A stretch of DNA of 52,989 nucleotides from a virus (taxonomy: Duplodnaviria > Caudoviricetes): IMG/VR virus record IMGVR_UViG_3300003321_000545, positions 1 to 52,989 of that record; one strand, given 5' to 3'. Both the position numbers and the translations under genes were made by a program. This document shows positions 49,691-52,989 of this stretch, in pieces (positions within the stretch are counted from its first letter, which is position 1; each line of letters begins with the position of its first letter). The notes below the pieces were generated by a model, which ran no database searches, was not told where the DNA came from, and was given only the letters and a program-made list of their open reading frames with translations.

Positions 49691-50818
49691 ATGTCTGATA
49701 CAACAAATCAATCAAATCCATTTAGCAAACAGCCTATTATTAATATTGTAGATGATGAAGTGGCAAAAAATATATCCTGGGAAGTTTCAGATGGTTTAGA
49801 CAATGCAAATGAAATTGTTCATTCAGATAAATCAAACAATGAAAAAGAAGAAACTAAAAAGGAAGAATTGCCAGTTGAGGATAAGATCGATGAGCCTCTC
49901 GATGATTCCATAGAAAATGTAGATAGTGAAGAGTATGGCGATAAAGAAGATATAGAAGATGAAGAAAAAAAGAAAAAAAAGAAAGCTCATAATGTACCCC
50001 GAGATAAGAGAATATCAGGTTTAATAAAAGAAAAGAAGTATTATCAAACACGAGCAGAACTATTAGAAAAAGAAATTGAAGAGCATAAAAAACAATCATT
50101 AGAATATAAGAAACAAAATCTTGATTCTTATGAACAAACACTGGCAGCTCATATTGATAATATTAAGCGTGCATTAACAAATGCAAAAGAAGAAGGTGAT
50201 TATAAAACAGAAACAGAAGCGACAGATTTGCTCGCCCAATACAATGCTGAGAAGTTAAGAGTTGCTCAAGAAAAACAGAGATATAAAGAAGAATTAAATA
50301 GACAATCATATCCTCAACCACAGCAAAATTATTATCCTGAGCCTGAACATTATAATCCTCATCAGGAAAAGGTGTCAGAATGGATTAAAAATAATAGTTG
50401 GTATGATACAAACTCCCCACATTTTGATCATGATATGTTTGAAGAAGCTGACGATTTTGCGCATAAATTATCAAAAAAATATAAACTTATGGGAATGGCA
50501 GATGAGATTGGATCTGAAGATTTTTTGAGTCAAGTATCAGATCATATTAATGAAATATATGATGTCCCCATTCCTCAAAAAAAATCATCAAAACAAGAGA
50601 AACTCATTATGAATGCGCCTAAATCACCTGTAACGCCAGTATCTAGATCAAGCAATTCACCGAATGCACCTAGAAAACCAACAATTCAAGATCTAACTCC
50701 TGAAGAAAGAAAGATTGCTCATGGATTGTTTGGAGTTATAAGAGACGAAAGAGGCAATAAAATTAGAGATTATAAAAAATGTGAAGAATACTATCTAGCA
50801 CAGAAAATGAGAGGATAA
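49691..50818 (+). CDS. Putative capsid scaffolding protein
   Basis: Acidic N-terminus, long coiled coil, W...N.W, C-terminal LTPEERKIA...EEY. Confidence 0.65.
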   Translation: MSDTTNQSNPFSKQPIINIVDDEVAKNISWEVSDGLDNANEIVHSDKSNNEKEETKKEELPVEDKIDEPLDDSIENVDSEEYGDKEDIEDEEKKKKKKAHNVPRDKRISGLIKEKKYYQTRAELLEKEIEEHKKQSLEYKKQNLDSYEQTLAAHIDNIKRALTNAKEEGDYKTETEATDLLAQYNAEKLRVAQEKQRYKEELNRQSYPQPQQNYYPEPEHYNPHQEKVSEWIKNNSWYDTNSPHFDHDMFEEADDFAHKLSKKYKLMGMADEIGSEDFLSQVSDHINEIYDVPIPQKKSSKQEKLIMNAPKSPVTPVSRSSNSPNAPRKPTIQDLTPEERKIAHGLFGVIRDERGNKIRDYKKCEEYYLAQKMRG

Positions 50819-50821
50819 ATT

Positions 50822-52989
<2,168 letters not shown>

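Overview
AT-rich tailed-phage sequence that is probably a complete circular or circularly permuted genome: the GroEL gene that runs off the right end continues in frame into bases 1-39. It has a podovirus-like morphogenesis module: terminase, portal, GroES-like co-chaperonin, scaffold, GroEL, head proteins, adaptors, fibre-like proteins, nozzle and ejection proteins, with no tail tube, sheath or tape measure recognised. The early region carries a FimB/FimE-type tyrosine recombinase, an AAA ATPase, RusA and an HTH replication initiator with an internal origin (DnaA boxes and a 24-bp repeat). Upstream of the initiator lie two apparent ~90-nt small-RNA genes, each with its own sigma70 promoter and terminator. 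Accessory genes include a Phd-VapC-Phd locus, an orphan RelB-like antitoxin, an outer-membrane beta-barrel and many small membrane peptides. No endolysin or CI repressor was recognised. The host is inferred to be an AT-rich (alpha)proteobacterium, possibly an endosymbiont. All calls come from motif recognition by eye, with no database search.
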